Below are positions 28,080 to 37,820 of a stretch of 64,000 bases of DNA, in pieces. Below the pieces are notes generated by a model. The model saw nothing but the letters and a program-made list of their open reading frames with translations. It did not search any database and was not told where the DNA came from. The position numbers were made by a program, and so were the translations under genes. The first letter of the stretch is position 1, and every line of letters starts with the position of its first letter. Source of the DNA: a virus. Its lineage: Duplodnaviria > Heunggongvirae > Uroviricota > Caudoviricetes. Location: positions 120,029 through 184,028 of IMG/VR virus record IMGVR_UViG_3300032007_000003, one strand, 5' to 3'.

Positions 28080-28471
28080 AGTTAATACACATCAATGAGG
28101 CAGTATTCAACAGACTCCTAGAGGATAATAGAAGACCACCTTTTCAAGACTTTTACGACAGCGTTGTTGCGTTCATAGAGGGAATGCGCAAAGACCCTAT
28201 AAGAACAGTCCCAAACGAGCTTTTAAAAGGTTGTGGACTTCATAATGGAGAGCTTAGAAAGAAACTTTATGACTATGGGATAATCACCAAGGATGAGAGA
28301 ATTGATGAACCATATGACGAAACAACTGGTAGCCAACAATCTCGTTATTACGTAACATACGATTGGTCTGAGAGAATTAAGAAGGAAATGAAGGATAAGG
28401 AGAGGATTGGGAATCCAATGAAAAAAGCATTTATAAGGAAACTATATAATGATTTCTTTAATATAAAATAA
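28076..28471 (+). CDS. Late protein with tag variant (MKLIHINEAVFNRLLE)
   Basis: ORF track; ATGA overlap with the upstream gene. Confidence 0.65.
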   Translation: MKLIHINEAVFNRLLEDNRRPPFQDFYDSVVAFIEGMRKDPIRTVPNELLKGCGLHNGELRKKLYDYGIITKDERIDEPYDETTGSQQSRYYVTYDWSERIKKEMKDKERIGNPMKKAFIRKLYNDFFNIK

Positions 28472-28496
28472 AACTTAGTAAAAAAAGAAAAAAAAT

Positions 28497-28667
28497 ATGA
28501 AAGACAAAGTAAGAACTCTTGATTTTTATGGCTTTGATGATGATAATACAATGTATGATGTAAACTCATACTCTATTTCAAGCGTTAAGGAGGTTAAGAA
28601 TAAGAAATACATCAGGCCTGATGAAGAAGAACCAATCACTAGTGGTGATACCGAAACTAATAATTAA
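28497..28667 (+). CDS. Small hypothetical protein (56 aa, MKDKVRTLDFYG...), not in the ORF track
   Basis: Fills the gap in a co-directional late cluster; A-rich leader. Confidence 0.5.
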   Translation: MKDKVRTLDFYGFDDDNTMYDVNSYSISSVKEVKNKKYIRPDEEEPITSGDTETNN

Positions 28668-28693
28668 TTATTAAAATAGAAAGAGATAAAATC

Positions 28694-29098
28694 ATGAATA
28701 AACCTATTCAATTAACAGAGCAAGACCTTCATATGTTGGTGGAGGACGCAGTAAGAGCATACCTTACAGAGAATGGTATGGACGAAGGATGGTTTGGTGA
28801 CAAGTGGAATCAAACTAAGACAGCAGCTAATACCATGTTCCAAGGAAACAAAGGAACTGGTTTGAAACAGAAATTCAATAATGCTAGACAGAATTGGAAC
28901 ACCCAAGGCCAGTTGAATGGATTGAACAATTTAAGACAGCAACTTGAGCAGTTCATCGATACTGGACAGCTAAATCCACAGATGACAATTGCGCAACTTA
29001 TTGGTGGTAAGTACAATGGTAACAAGTTTGGTAGAATGAGTGGTATGATTGGAAATAGACAATCTCAGATTTCTAAAAGAGGTGGTCAATACAACTAA
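28694..29098 (+). CDS. Putative internal head protein (IQLTEQDLHMLVEDAVRAYLTE tag; G/N/Q-rich)
   Basis: Shared tag at the N-terminus followed by MDEGW. Confidence 0.7.
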   Translation: MNKPIQLTEQDLHMLVEDAVRAYLTENGMDEGWFGDKWNQTKTAANTMFQGNKGTGLKQKFNNARQNWNTQGQLNGLNNLRQQLEQFIDTGQLNPQMTIAQLIGGKYNGNKFGRMSGMIGNRQSQISKRGGQYN

Positions 29099-29105
29099 CG
29101 TAATA

Positions 29106-29142
29106 AAATCCAAGAAAGAGGCTAGTCTTTCTTGGATTTTTT
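29106..29142. terminator. Bidirectional intrinsic terminator
   Basis: AAAATCCAAGAAAGA...TCTTTCTTGGATTTTTT between convergent genes. Confidence 0.7.
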
Positions 29143-29511
29143 CTTAAGTGGACAACTGCTTATTGTAATTCCTAAATTAAATTCCGTATTTAGTTGATGC
29201 ATCTTTTTTCTAAACTGAAACCCATGTTTAAAGAAAAGATATTCATTTTTCTTTTTAATTGACTTCACGTAATGATGAATCATTTCGTGGACAATTACCT
29301 CACGCAATACTTCCTCAGTCCAATCAACGTCATTGGTAATCCATATTTTGCCGTGAACAGTACCATCATCATCTTGTTTGTTTGTATAACGACCATATGT
29401 ACATTTATCTAATTTAATATAATGACAGTCGCACATAGATAATTCCCCATTAAAGTACATCTTATTGTACTTTTTGTATAATTCTTTTATTAATTCCTTT
29501 GTAACTTTCAT
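29122..29511 (-). CDS. SprT-like zinc metalloprotease
   Basis: YNKMYFNGEL; VIVHEMIH (HExxH); HGFQFRKKM..LN. Confidence 0.82.
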   Translation of the reverse strand: MKVTKELIKELYKKYNKMYFNGELSMCDCHYIKLDKCTYGRYTNKQDDDGTVHGKIWITNDVDWTEEVLREVIVHEMIHHYVKSIKKKNEYLFFKHGFQFRKKMHQLNTEFNLGITISSCPLKKKSKKD

Positions 29512-29514
29512 AAT

Positions 29515-29547
29515 GTAAATATACGAAATCTTTTATAAATAGCCAAA
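29515..29547 (-). promoter_or_regulatory. Bacteroidetes-type promoter (TTTAC variant); likely leaderless transcript
   Basis: Minus strand reads TTTG-N20-TATATTTAC-ATT-ATG. Confidence 0.65.
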
Positions 29548-29623
29548 TATTAAGTGTTAAATTATGTTTAATAAAAATTTTGGTATAAGTGTGATATTTA
29601 TATTTAAATAAATGTCTTTAGAT

Positions 29624-29965
29624 ATGAACAAGATAATTAGACTTACAGAGAGTGACCTACATAATATTGTAAAGGAAGCTGTATATAGAATATTGAAAGA
29701 AGATGGTGAAATTGGTGGTGGCGGTGCTACAAACTGTGTTGGTATCAACGTAGGTGGTGCTGCTGGACAAGCTAAGAACCATATTGATGCACCTGCTTTT
29801 GGTGGGAAAAATAAAAAAAAAGTAGGAGGAAACGCATTTAGTGAGCCAATTATGAGACAAGCTCATAATCTTGGTGATGTAACTAAAGCCCCAGCAAATC
29901 AAGTTGATATGAAGCCAGCATTGGATAGAACTCCTGGTTTCTCAATGGGCACACGCAAGAAGTAG
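29624..29965 (+). CDS. Putative internal head protein (MNKIIRLTESDLHNIVKEAVYRILKE tag; Gly-rich)
   Basis: Canonical tag; TATTTATA at 29595. Confidence 0.7.
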   Translation: MNKIIRLTESDLHNIVKEAVYRILKEDGEIGGGGATNCVGINVGGAAGQAKNHIDAPAFGGKNKKKVGGNAFSEPIMRQAHNLGDVTKAPANQVDMKPALDRTPGFSMGTRKK

Positions 29966-29971
29966 TTTATT

Positions 29972-30133
29972 ATGATAGATTACGAGGCAAATGAGGAAAC
30001 CATCAAGAAGGTTAGGGAAATCGATGAGCAGATAAAAGAAGAGGACTCTAAGGAAGTTGCTGATGGTGGAAAATTGACAAGGCTCATGTTTGAGCAGTTA
30101 TTAAGAGGAATTTATATAAATCAATTTAAATAA
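29972..30133 (+). CDS. Small hypothetical protein (53 aa, MIDYEANEE...), not in the ORF track
   Basis: Fills the gap between co-directional genes. Confidence 0.5.
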   Translation: MIDYEANEETIKKVREIDEQIKEEDSKEVADGGKLTRLMFEQLLRGIYINQFK

Positions 30134-30140
30134 TAATATT

Positions 30141-30962
30141 ATGATAGCAAAAATTAACGTAGGCGATTTGAGAAGAGTTATCAAGGAAAGTCAAAACGAG
30201 TTTAAGCCAACAGTTTTTGGAATGGATAAGTCGAAAGAAATCAATGACAAGGCTTACAGTGATATCAAGAAGGAAACTGAGAAGTATGATGGTGGTCTCA
30301 CCAAAGAGAAAAAACAAATTGGTGGTGGCATCTCAGCTACTGACAACAAAGGTATGCACGATTTGACTTATGATAACATTAATAAGCCTTTCCAAGACAG
30401 AGTTAAGTCTCAGATGAAAGGTTATCCATCAAAGGATGCCGAAACCAAACACAAGGATGATGAGTTTGGGAATGCAACATTTGACAATGATGGAAATATT
30501 TATAATGCAGCTAAAGACCATGCTAAAGCTGTTAAGGACGGTAAGGACGCAGCAGTTGAAATTGGTCTAACTGGTAGTAAACTTAATAAAACTGACGTAG
30601 AAAAACAAAGAAAAACAATGGGAGAATCAAAGAAAATCAAAATGCTTACCTTTAAGAATACACAATTTATTTCTGAGAATCATATGCTGACAAGAATTCC
30701 AGATGAATATAAGACAGAGGGTAATAGATTTGTGATGAAAGACAGTGCCGATAATCAATATCTTGTTGAATGGCATGCTAAAGAGCCAATGGTTACTAAG
30801 AAACCAAATATGACCTTGGTAAATGAACAGAAGGAAAGAATGAAACAGCTTTGGGGTTACAAATGCGCAGAGGCTAAGACTTCAACTTCTAGTTTTAGAG
30901 TACAAGAGGACAAGGGTTTCGCAGACATGGTAAACAAGGCTAGAAAGTTAATGAAGGATTAA
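30141..30962 (+). CDS. Putative head/internal protein (MIAKINVGDLRRVIKES tag variant)
   Basis: ORF track; several I/L/V-x-E sites (IKE, ISE, VNE). Confidence 0.65.
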   Translation: MIAKINVGDLRRVIKESQNEFKPTVFGMDKSKEINDKAYSDIKKETEKYDGGLTKEKKQIGGGISATDNKGMHDLTYDNINKPFQDRVKSQMKGYPSKDAETKHKDDEFGNATFDNDGNIYNAAKDHAKAVKDGKDAAVEIGLTGSKLNKTDVEKQRKTMGESKKIKMLTFKNTQFISENHMLTRIPDEYKTEGNRFVMKDSADNQYLVEWHAKEPMVTKKPNMTLVNEQKERMKQLWGYKCAEAKTSTSSFRVQEDKGFADMVNKARKLMKD

Positions 30963-30987
30963 TAATGATTTAATTAATAGTGAAGAA

Positions 30988-31755
30988 ATGAAAAACAATG
31001 ACATAAACATTAATTTAAATCAGTCTAGTGGTGATGATAAGATTTCATCAGTTACAAAAGCTATCAAGGGTGCTGCTGATACAATAGCAGATGCTTCATG
31101 GAAAAGAATTGTTAAAGTTTATTTGGTTGTGTTTTTCTTTCTAGCCACAGCATTGGGCGGTCTATTTATATATAATATAGAGACAGACAAAGAGGTAATG
31201 CACCAGACTGCTATGAAAATGGTGCAAGAGAAGAAAGAAGAGAGTATTAGAGATTTCGTTGTAACTCCAAAGGTACAGAAGGATATTGAAATACTTCTTT
31301 ATACTCTCAATGCAGATAGAGTGTTTATATTTGAACTACACAATGGTAAAAAGAACATAAGCGGTTTACCTTTTAAGTATGCTGATATGACATATGAAGT
31401 TGCAAATAGGGAAAGAGGCGTTGATAGGTGTTATACCAAATATCAAGACGTACCTTTGACTATGTACAAATATCCGGACTATATGCATAAGAAAAAGTTC
31501 ATGATTGGCACTGTTGATGATATAGAGAAAATTGATTACGAATTCGCAAAGTGTACTAGAGAAGATGGAGGTGAATACCTTGCAATGGTATATATTAATG
31601 GAAGTGATGGAACACCTTTAGCATTCCTTGGTGTTTCATTCCATAGCAAAAAAGAAGCTCCATCTGATGAAATCATTGAAGATAAATTAAAATCATATGG
31701 TAAAGCCATAGGTGAACTCATTGATTTGAAAGTACAAATGAATAAATCTAATTAA
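30988..31755 (+). CDS. Holin candidate: single TM helix plus GAF-like soluble domain (T4 gpt-like architecture)
   Basis: TM at ~aa 41-61; ADRVFIFELHNG...MTYEV pattern; precedes a spanin-like gene. Confidence 0.55.
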   Translation: MKNNDININLNQSSGDDKISSVTKAIKGAADTIADASWKRIVKVYLVVFFFLATALGGLFIYNIETDKEVMHQTAMKMVQEKKEESIRDFVVTPKVQKDIEILLYTLNADRVFIFELHNGKKNISGLPFKYADMTYEVANRERGVDRCYTKYQDVPLTMYKYPDYMHKKKFMIGTVDDIEKIDYEFAKCTREDGGEYLAMVYINGSDGTPLAFLGVSFHSKKEAPSDEIIEDKLKSYGKAIGELIDLKVQMNKSN

Positions 31756-31758
31756 GTT

Positions 31759-32463
31759 ATGATTAAAGATTTCTTAAAAAAGTTTTATAACAAATATTCT
31801 TCATGGATAATCACATTTTTGATTATCTTGATAGTGGGGTTGGTGGCATATTTCAACTACAGACTTCAACAGAAACAGAAGGAGATAGATGAAATAGAGT
31901 TCACCGACACCACTGGAACGTATCACAAGGTGTATTATGAGAAGAAGTTTAAGGAACTCAAGAAAGAAAATAGAGAGTTGTATGATTCTCTGAAGCAATA
32001 TAAGGATAAAATAGACTATATTGTACAATTCTATCACGAGAAGGAATATAATACTGGTCAAAACAGTAATAAACCAATTATTAAAGATAGCGTTGTTAAC
32101 GATACTAGTTTCATTAAGATTCCTAATGTATGTAGAACATATGAATATACTAGTGAACCAAACGACACGTTCCAATATAAACTCAGTGTGAACTCGCTGA
32201 CGCAGCCTAATTGGTATCTCATACAAGCTAAGGTGAAAAACAAATTCACCATTGTAAATAAAGAAGAAGGTGGAGCTAACCATATAACGATTAAACCAGA
32301 TAATGGTGGAATAATAACAAACCCAACTGTTTGGAAAAAGAAAGAGAATAGAAACTTTTTGGATAGATTCTCATTCGGTCCAGGTATTACAGCTGGTTAT
32401 GACCCAATTAATAAACAATGGGGTGTTGTGGTTGGTGCTTCAGTAACATTTGATTTAAAATGA
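31759..32463 (+). CDS. Membrane-anchored coiled-coil protein; spanin candidate
   Basis: N-terminal TM, coiled coil, C-terminal beta strands FSFGPGITAGY...GVVVGASVTF. Confidence 0.45.
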   Translation: MIKDFLKKFYNKYSSWIITFLIILIVGLVAYFNYRLQQKQKEIDEIEFTDTTGTYHKVYYEKKFKELKKENRELYDSLKQYKDKIDYIVQFYHEKEYNTGQNSNKPIIKDSVVNDTSFIKIPNVCRTYEYTSEPNDTFQYKLSVNSLTQPNWYLIQAKVKNKFTIVNKEEGGANHITIKPDNGGIITNPTVWKKKENRNFLDRFSFGPGITAGYDPINKQWGVVVGASVTFDLK

Positions 32464-32466
32464 GAT

Positions 32467-32506
32467 AAAATGCTCAACAATTATTGAATTGTTGAGCATT
32501 TTTTTT
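32467..32506 (+). terminator. Intrinsic terminator
   Basis: AAAATGCTCAACAATT...AATTGTTGAGCATTTTTTTT. Confidence 0.75.
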
Positions 32507-32541
32507 ATATTTTATATGGAGTAAAAATATTTAATATAACT

Positions 32542-32742
32542 ATGGAAATTAAAAATGGAAGTATAATAAAGACAAAAGATGGTGAATATGTTGTTAAGGA
32601 GATAATGAAAATGGTTAATCCTTTCACATTAAAGCCAATTATAATGTGTCTAGTTAACGTTGGTGGTCTTCAAAGAACAATATCTGAAAATGATATCATC
32701 AGTGTTAGGAATAATCATTTAAAAAATATTGAAGAACCATGA
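32542..32742 (+). CDS. Hypothetical protein
   Basis: ORF track. Confidence 0.55.
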   Translation: MEIKNGSIIKTKDGEYVVKEIMKMVNPFTLKPIIMCLVNVGGLQRTISENDIISVRNNHLKNIEEP

Positions 32743-32930
32743 TTGCAAGTTTATTATTACAATTAAAGGTGTTTTTATTTATAATGGCTATATTGACATT
32801 GATTGTCGATATATTCCATGTTATAAGTGTATTCCATCTTAAGAGTGGAAAACTAGCTACACAGAACGAGCTTATCGTTTTCGGTGTTGCATTATCATAT
32901 ATACTAACAATGTTGATTTGTGGATTTTAA
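32739..32930 (+). CDS. Small two-TM membrane protein
   Basis: Two hydrophobic helices. Confidence 0.6.
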   Translation: MIASLLLQLKVFLFIMAILTLIVDIFHVISVFHLKSGKLATQNELIVFGVALSYILTMLICGF

Positions 32931-33407
32931 ATGAAAAGCTTACAAGAAAGAATGAATGACATGAAGCCTTATTTTCGTGGTATAGAAATGTATAATGAGG
33001 CTTTAATGGTTAAGGTTGTATATCCAAGAAACTGGAAAGCATATCCTTCCAACGATGGTAGGATAAAGGTCACTCCATCAGATGATGGGACTTTAACCTA
33101 TTACTATGCAGATTCAAAGGATACTAGTTATGAAGATATGTTTGACTTGGTTGAGGAAACAATCAAGGCAAACAACGATATCGTGCTTAAACTTAAGCTT
33201 CTTAAGGATAAAGTTACTGAATTGAAGGAATTGTTCTCAGAACTTTCATATGATGAACTTACAACGCTTAAATTTGTCACTGAGAAGGTTAAAAATGAGA
33301 AACCTAAGAGGAAGTACACCAAGAAGAAAAAAGAGGATGAGAAGCCACGAGAAGAGCCTCAAATCGAAGAAAATAATGTGGTAGAAGAAACAACGGAGGA
33401 GCAATAA
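32931..33407 (+). CDS. Hypothetical protein
   Basis: ORF track; tightly coupled to neighbours. Confidence 0.7.
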   Translation: MKSLQERMNDMKPYFRGIEMYNEALMVKVVYPRNWKAYPSNDGRIKVTPSDDGTLTYYYADSKDTSYEDMFDLVEETIKANNDIVLKLKLLKDKVTELKELFSELSYDELTTLKFVTEKVKNEKPKRKYTKKKKEDEKPREEPQIEENNVVEETTEEQ

Positions 33408-33769
33408 TGGAGTGGATTGTTATTTTTGTTTTTTCAATAGTTGCATACGCTATTTCAAACCATTTTGTTTATGCCCACGGTCCAGTTCATATATATGACA
33501 AGATTAGGGATTTAGCTAATAAACTTAGTCCTAATCTTGGAGAGCTGTTCTCATGTATGATATGTTTTCCTACTTGGGTTGGATTTATTCTTAGTGTAGC
33601 GAATTCATTTTTCTTACCAGAACTTGCAGTTACTCCAATGATGCTATTACTTGCTGGTTATGCCCCTTGGTGGGTAATAATGATTCTAGATGGCTTTTTT
33701 GCAAGCGGCATTGTATGGTTGATACATACTTTTCAAGAGGCTTTAGAAAGGAGTAATGCAAATGAATGA
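33407..33769 (+). CDS. DUF1360-like membrane protein
   Basis: GELFSCMICFPTWVG (CxxC..W) within a three-TM protein. Confidence 0.6.
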   Translation: MEWIVIFVFSIVAYAISNHFVYAHGPVHIYDKIRDLANKLSPNLGELFSCMICFPTWVGFILSVANSFFLPELAVTPMMLLLAGYAPWWVIMILDGFFASGIVWLIHTFQEALERSNANE

Positions 33770-33977
33770 ATACGAGAGGGAAGTTATCACTTACAATAGT
33801 GAAAAGAAAATGGATGAACTTGCCTTAAAGGGACATCAATGGAATATTGCAGAACAATTGAATGGTACAATGGGTAAGGATATGGGAGATGTATTAAGCG
33901 GTAAGAAGAAGGTTGAATTTACTTTTTGGACTAAAGTAAAATTTAAGATTAATAATTTCTTAAAGATTTTCAATTAA
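33756..33977 (+). CDS. Hypothetical protein
   Basis: ORF track. Confidence 0.55.
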   Translation: MQMNEYEREVITYNSEKKMDELALKGHQWNIAEQLNGTMGKDMGDVLSGKKKVEFTFWTKVKFKINNFLKIFN

Positions 33978-33978
33978 A

Positions 33979-34230
33979 ATGGAATTTAAATTTGGCACTT
34001 TTAGCATATTTGAACTTGGTCAAATGATTTCAGAGAAACTAAAGGAAGATGGGGTTACAAATCAATCTGTACTTTATGTATATCTCAATGAGGAAGAGTT
34101 CAAGAAGGTCGATGAGGATTTGTTTTTAAGAAATAGAAAGAATGAAGATGAAGAGTTTATACCGTCTGAGGGAGAAATAGATATAAACATTGATTTGACT
34201 AAAATTATTATTAAGCAGAAAACAGTATGA
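33979..34230 (+). CDS. Hypothetical protein
   Basis: ORF track. Confidence 0.55.
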   Translation: MEFKFGTFSIFELGQMISEKLKEDGVTNQSVLYVYLNEEEFKKVDEDLFLRNRKNEDEEFIPSEGEIDINIDLTKIIIKQKTV

Positions 34231-34781
34231 ATGTAATTAAAACTGATATAGAAGGTGTTGTAATTATAGAACCAAAAATATTTGAGGATTCTAGAGGATA
34301 TTTCTTTGAATCGTTCTCACAAAGGGAATTTGATGAAAAGGTTGCACCAATTGTATTCCTACAAGACAATGAAAGCAAATCATCCTATGGTGTTATGAGA
34401 GGATTACATTTTCAAAAGCCACCTTTTACACAAAGTAAGTTGGTAAGATGTGTAAAGGGGTCGGTATTAGACGTTGCCGTAGATATAAGGAAAGGTAGCC
34501 CTACATATGGAAAGCATGTTGCTGTTGAACTAACAGAAGATAACCATAGACAATTATTCATTCCAAAGGGGTTTGCACATGGTTTTGCAGTTCTAAGTGA
34601 TACAGCAATATTCCAATATAAATGTGATGACTTCTATCATCCAGAGGCTGATGGTGGAATAAGTATTCTAGATGAGTCTCTTGAAATAGATTGGAAGATT
34701 CCAACTGATAAGGCAATATTATCAGATAAGGATACAAAACATCCAATGTTGAAGAACTTTGATACACCATTTACAAAATAA
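34227..34781 (+). CDS. rmlC: dTDP-4-dehydrorhamnose 3,5-epimerase
   Basis: DSRGYFFESF, QDNESKS, RGLHFQ, QSKLVRC, DVAVDIR, IPKGFAHGF, YKCD, LSDKD. Confidence 0.95.
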   Translation: MNVIKTDIEGVVIIEPKIFEDSRGYFFESFSQREFDEKVAPIVFLQDNESKSSYGVMRGLHFQKPPFTQSKLVRCVKGSVLDVAVDIRKGSPTYGKHVAVELTEDNHRQLFIPKGFAHGFAVLSDTAIFQYKCDDFYHPEADGGISILDESLEIDWKIPTDKAILSDKDTKHPMLKNFDTPFTK

Positions 34782-34805
34782 TAAGTAAAGAGTGGGGAAT
34801 AGTCC

Positions 34806-35051
34806 TCACTCTTTTTCTTTTGTCCATTTCTTATCTATTTCTCCATTGTCATAACTTTTAAACGATGTGGAACAACCACCATATCTAACTCTCATACCTC
34901 CTTTGTTTCCAACAGAATATAGTTCACAGTTGTTGAATACTATATTTTCTCCATTAGCGTTCACTATGACATATTGTATTGTATTATCGTCAAATATTAT
35001 TAATTGGTCTTTTGTACCATTTATGATACCATCTTGTGTATATTTTTCCAT
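34806..35051 (-). CDS. Hypothetical protein
   Basis: ORF track; last gene of a minus-strand trio, ending at a hairpin (34787-34815). Confidence 0.55.
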   Translation of the reverse strand: MEKYTQDGIINGTKDQLIIFDDNTIQYVIVNANGENIVFNNCELYSVGNKGGMRVRYGGCSTSFKSYDNGEIDKKWTKEKE

Positions 35052-35054
35052 AAT

Positions 35055-35750
35055 TCAAGGGCGTGTACTACCTCTTTTAACTTTCTCATCACTCCAGTGG
35101 GTTAATTCCTTTATTTTTTTAATCCAATCGCTTCTATATTTGCTTTTGCTGACATCACCCATAAAAATGATATATTTGAACTTATTTCTTTTTGATTCCT
35201 CTTCAACTTTATTATATAGTCTTATTCCATCTTGTTTATTTTTACAGATTACCATTTCAAGTTTTCCATTACAATCCACTAATAGTTTATTCTTGTATAT
35301 TTGTACTGTTTTAAACATGTATTTATTTTTGGCATCTGCTGAGATAAAATTATCAAATATCCATTTAAAATCTTTTCTTTGTATTCTTGGATGATAACCA
35401 TATACCCAAAATGTCTCTTCGATGTTATATGGGGCACGGTCAATAACAATCCAATCATCGTCAGTTGTAGTATAGTCAATGAATTCTCCAGAGTCAGTTC
35501 TAACTTTATTAATCAAACTCTCATTTTCATCCCTACATTTAATAATGACAAGTTCGTATTCAGATTCAATCATTACATGTTCATGGTTATTAAATCTTAT
35601 TGGAAACATTACTTTCTTATTTTCCTTTAATAACTTTTCAAACTGTTTATATATCTTTTCTTCTGTTGTATCTGAATATATCGTATGTAATTGTTTACCA
35701 TGATTAATTAATATAATACTATATATTTTCTTTTTGTTTCTACGTGCCAT
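35055..35750 (-). CDS. Hypothetical protein
   Basis: ATG at 35750 (MARRNKK). Confidence 0.7.
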   Translation of the reverse strand: MARRNKKKIYSIILINHGKQLHTIYSDTTEEKIYKQFEKLLKENKKVMFPIRFNNHEHVMIESEYELVIIKCRDENESLINKVRTDSGEFIDYTTTDDDWIVIDRAPYNIEETFWVYGYHPRIQRKDFKWIFDNFISADAKNKYMFKTVQIYKNKLLVDCNGKLEMVICKNKQDGIRLYNKVEEESKRNKFKYIIFMGDVSKSKYRSDWIKKIKELTHWSDEKVKRGSTRP

Positions 35751-35752
35751 AA

Positions 35753-36091
35753 CTAAAACCAAATTTGTACTTCTTTTTTCCCATTTTCGTCTTCAGAAAC
35801 ACATAGGTCAGAACAATAACCATTGTTTGCTCCATAAGCCATACCATCATCTTCAAGTACAAGTAATTTAACATCATCATTTAATGCGCCATTATCTCTA
35901 ACAAATTTTCTTAATTCTTTCATTGTTAATTGTTTAACTGGCCATCCTTGGAAATCGTATTGTTGTTCACCTCTGTGTTCTACCCTAGATAAAAAGAATA
36001 GAGTCTCATTGATGGCAGCTCTTTCACGTATATCTAGTTTATCATTTATTGTTAAGTTGTTTAATATTGTCACTACTTCCTTTGTATCCAT
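35753..36091 (-). CDS. Hypothetical protein
   Basis: ORF track. Confidence 0.6.
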   Translation of the reverse strand: MDTKEVVTILNNLTINDKLDIRERAAINETLFFLSRVEHRGEQQYDFQGWPVKQLTMKELRKFVRDNGALNDDVKLLVLEDDGMAYGANNGYCSDLCVSEDENGKKEVQIWF

Positions 36092-36141
36092 GTTTTTTTT
36101 CTTTAAAAGTTAATTATTTTTTAAATTTAATTAAATAAATA

Positions 36142-36175
36142 TTTGGAATTTTAACTTTTTTTTAATATCTTTGCA
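36142..36175 (+). promoter_or_regulatory. Bacteroidetes-type promoter; ATG 5 nt after the -7 element
   Basis: TTTG (36142) N20 TATCTTTGCA (36166). Confidence 0.75.
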
Positions 36176-36178
36176 TAA

Positions 36179-36364
36179 ATGAAGATAGGTGATATTGTAG
36201 AATATAAGGGCAAAGAATATTATCTCTATAGCATATATAAAGGAGATTTGTGCAGAATAGTTAGATTTAGAGATGGTAAATATACTCACACCAAGCAAGG
36301 CATTGAGTATTTAAATGCTAATATTGTGAACTTAAACATAAATGAACTAAAACTAATAATTTGA
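36179..36364 (+). CDS. Small hypothetical protein (MKIGDIV-type beta-rich)
   Basis: ORF track. Confidence 0.55.
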   Translation: MKIGDIVEYKGKEYYLYSIYKGDLCRIVRFRDGKYTHTKQGIEYLNANIVNLNINELKLII

Positions 36365-36367
36365 ATT

Positions 36368-36838
36368 ATGGCAAAATTTTTTGAAACGTCTGCTGATATA
36401 GCTGAATTGGCTCAAGCAAAGTTTGAAGAGACTGGTCTTCCACAGATGGGCATCGACTTAAAGGTTATATCAGTTACAAAATCTAAGAACGTATTGAAAG
36501 CAACTAAGGCTGGTGCAACAATACAATACCTAACAAAGAAAGATGCAATCCTTGTAATTTATGAAGAGGCTTTTGATAGACTTAGTGACGAATATAAGGA
36601 AAAACTTATGGAAGGTGCTATCAGCAACATTTCCTATGATACAGAAAAGGATAAGTTGAATGTTGATGGCGATATTGCAAAGGAACTTTTCAGAATGCGT
36701 AGGAAGTATGAGAATTATGTTGACGTTATGGAGGCATCCTATATTGTAATTGAGGAAATTGAGGATGAAGAACGCAGACGCAAGGAAGAAGAGAAACTAA
36801 AGAAAGCAGAAGAAAGGGCTGCTAAGAAGAAACAGTAA
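36368..36838 (+). CDS. Phage metallopeptidase-like fold protein lacking HExxH
   Basis: ILVIYEEAFDRLSDEYKEKLMEGAISNI resembles that family, but the His ligands are absent. Confidence 0.45.
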   Translation: MAKFFETSADIAELAQAKFEETGLPQMGIDLKVISVTKSKNVLKATKAGATIQYLTKKDAILVIYEEAFDRLSDEYKEKLMEGAISNISYDTEKDKLNVDGDIAKELFRMRRKYENYVDVMEASYIVIEEIEDEERRRKEEEKLKKAEERAAKKKQ

Positions 36839-36844
36839 ATTGAT

Positions 36845-37066
36845 ATGACTAAAAGTTCTTATGGTAGGGTAATGAAGAAAAAAAGTGAAAAACTTAGAGA
36901 AAAGGCTAAGAGAATGGTACTTAAGGAATACCCTAAACTCATGGAAGATGAGGAAATGAGAAAGAAAACATTTGCTGCAATTGATAATGCTAATGTAGCT
37001 GTTGATGCAAATGGAGAATTACAAATTATATATGAACCTAATAATGATTTAAAAAATTTAAAATAA
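36845..37066 (+). CDS. Hypothetical protein
   Basis: ORF track. Confidence 0.55.
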   Translation: MTKSSYGRVMKKKSEKLREKAKRMVLKEYPKLMEDEEMRKKTFAAIDNANVAVDANGELQIIYEPNNDLKNLK

Positions 37067-37067
37067 A

Positions 37068-37772
37068 ATGAGCAATCTTAACAAAAATTGGATTAACCTT
37101 GTGTTTGTCATTGACAAATCTGGAAGTATGTATTCTTCAAAGGAAGATGTTGTTGGTGGCTTTGACAAGACCATCACAGAGCAAAAGAAGGATAAGGATG
37201 GTAAGGTGACTGTATCACTTTTCACATTTAATGAAAAAGTAAATCAAGAATATCTTGGCGTAGATATTAATGATATTGCAAAGTTCCATTATTCACCGGA
37301 TGGTATGACGGCCATGAACGATGGTATTGGTACTGCAATTGACAAGGTTGGGGAATGGCTTTATGAGAAAGATAAGAGAGGTGCAGAACTTCCAGGTAAG
37401 ACACTCGTTGTTGTTATGACTGACGGTATGGAGAATGCATCAAAGGAATACACACTTAAGCAAGTTCAAGAGAAGATTAAGGAACAAACTGAGAAGTATT
37501 CTTGGGAATTCATCTACATGGGTACTGATATTACCACTTCAAAGGCAGCAGATGACCTTGGATTCAAGTTCAAGACTTATGGTTCTAGGAAGAAGTTTGC
37601 TAATAATTACGATATTATTAACTGTGCAACTACAGCGTATAGGTCAATGGCTAAGACTAGTGCTTCATTAGCAGATACTAGTGCATTGTTCTGTGCAACC
37701 CTTGATGAAGCAGCTACTAAGAATACAGCAGATTATGAGGCTGAGATTGGTAAGAAGATTACCAATACATAA
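37068..37772 (+). CDS. von Willebrand factor A domain protein
   Basis: MIDAS VFVIDKSGSM; GMTAMNDGIG; VVMTDGMENAS; WEFIYMG. Confidence 0.88.
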   Translation: MSNLNKNWINLVFVIDKSGSMYSSKEDVVGGFDKTITEQKKDKDGKVTVSLFTFNEKVNQEYLGVDINDIAKFHYSPDGMTAMNDGIGTAIDKVGEWLYEKDKRGAELPGKTLVVVMTDGMENASKEYTLKQVQEKIKEQTEKYSWEFIYMGTDITTSKAADDLGFKFKTYGSRKKFANNYDIINCATTAYRSMAKTSASLADTSALFCATLDEAATKNTADYEAEIGKKITNT

Positions 37773-37820
37773 AAAATAACAAGGGGATTAGTGCAATCCC
37801 CTTTAATATTTCTTAACAAC

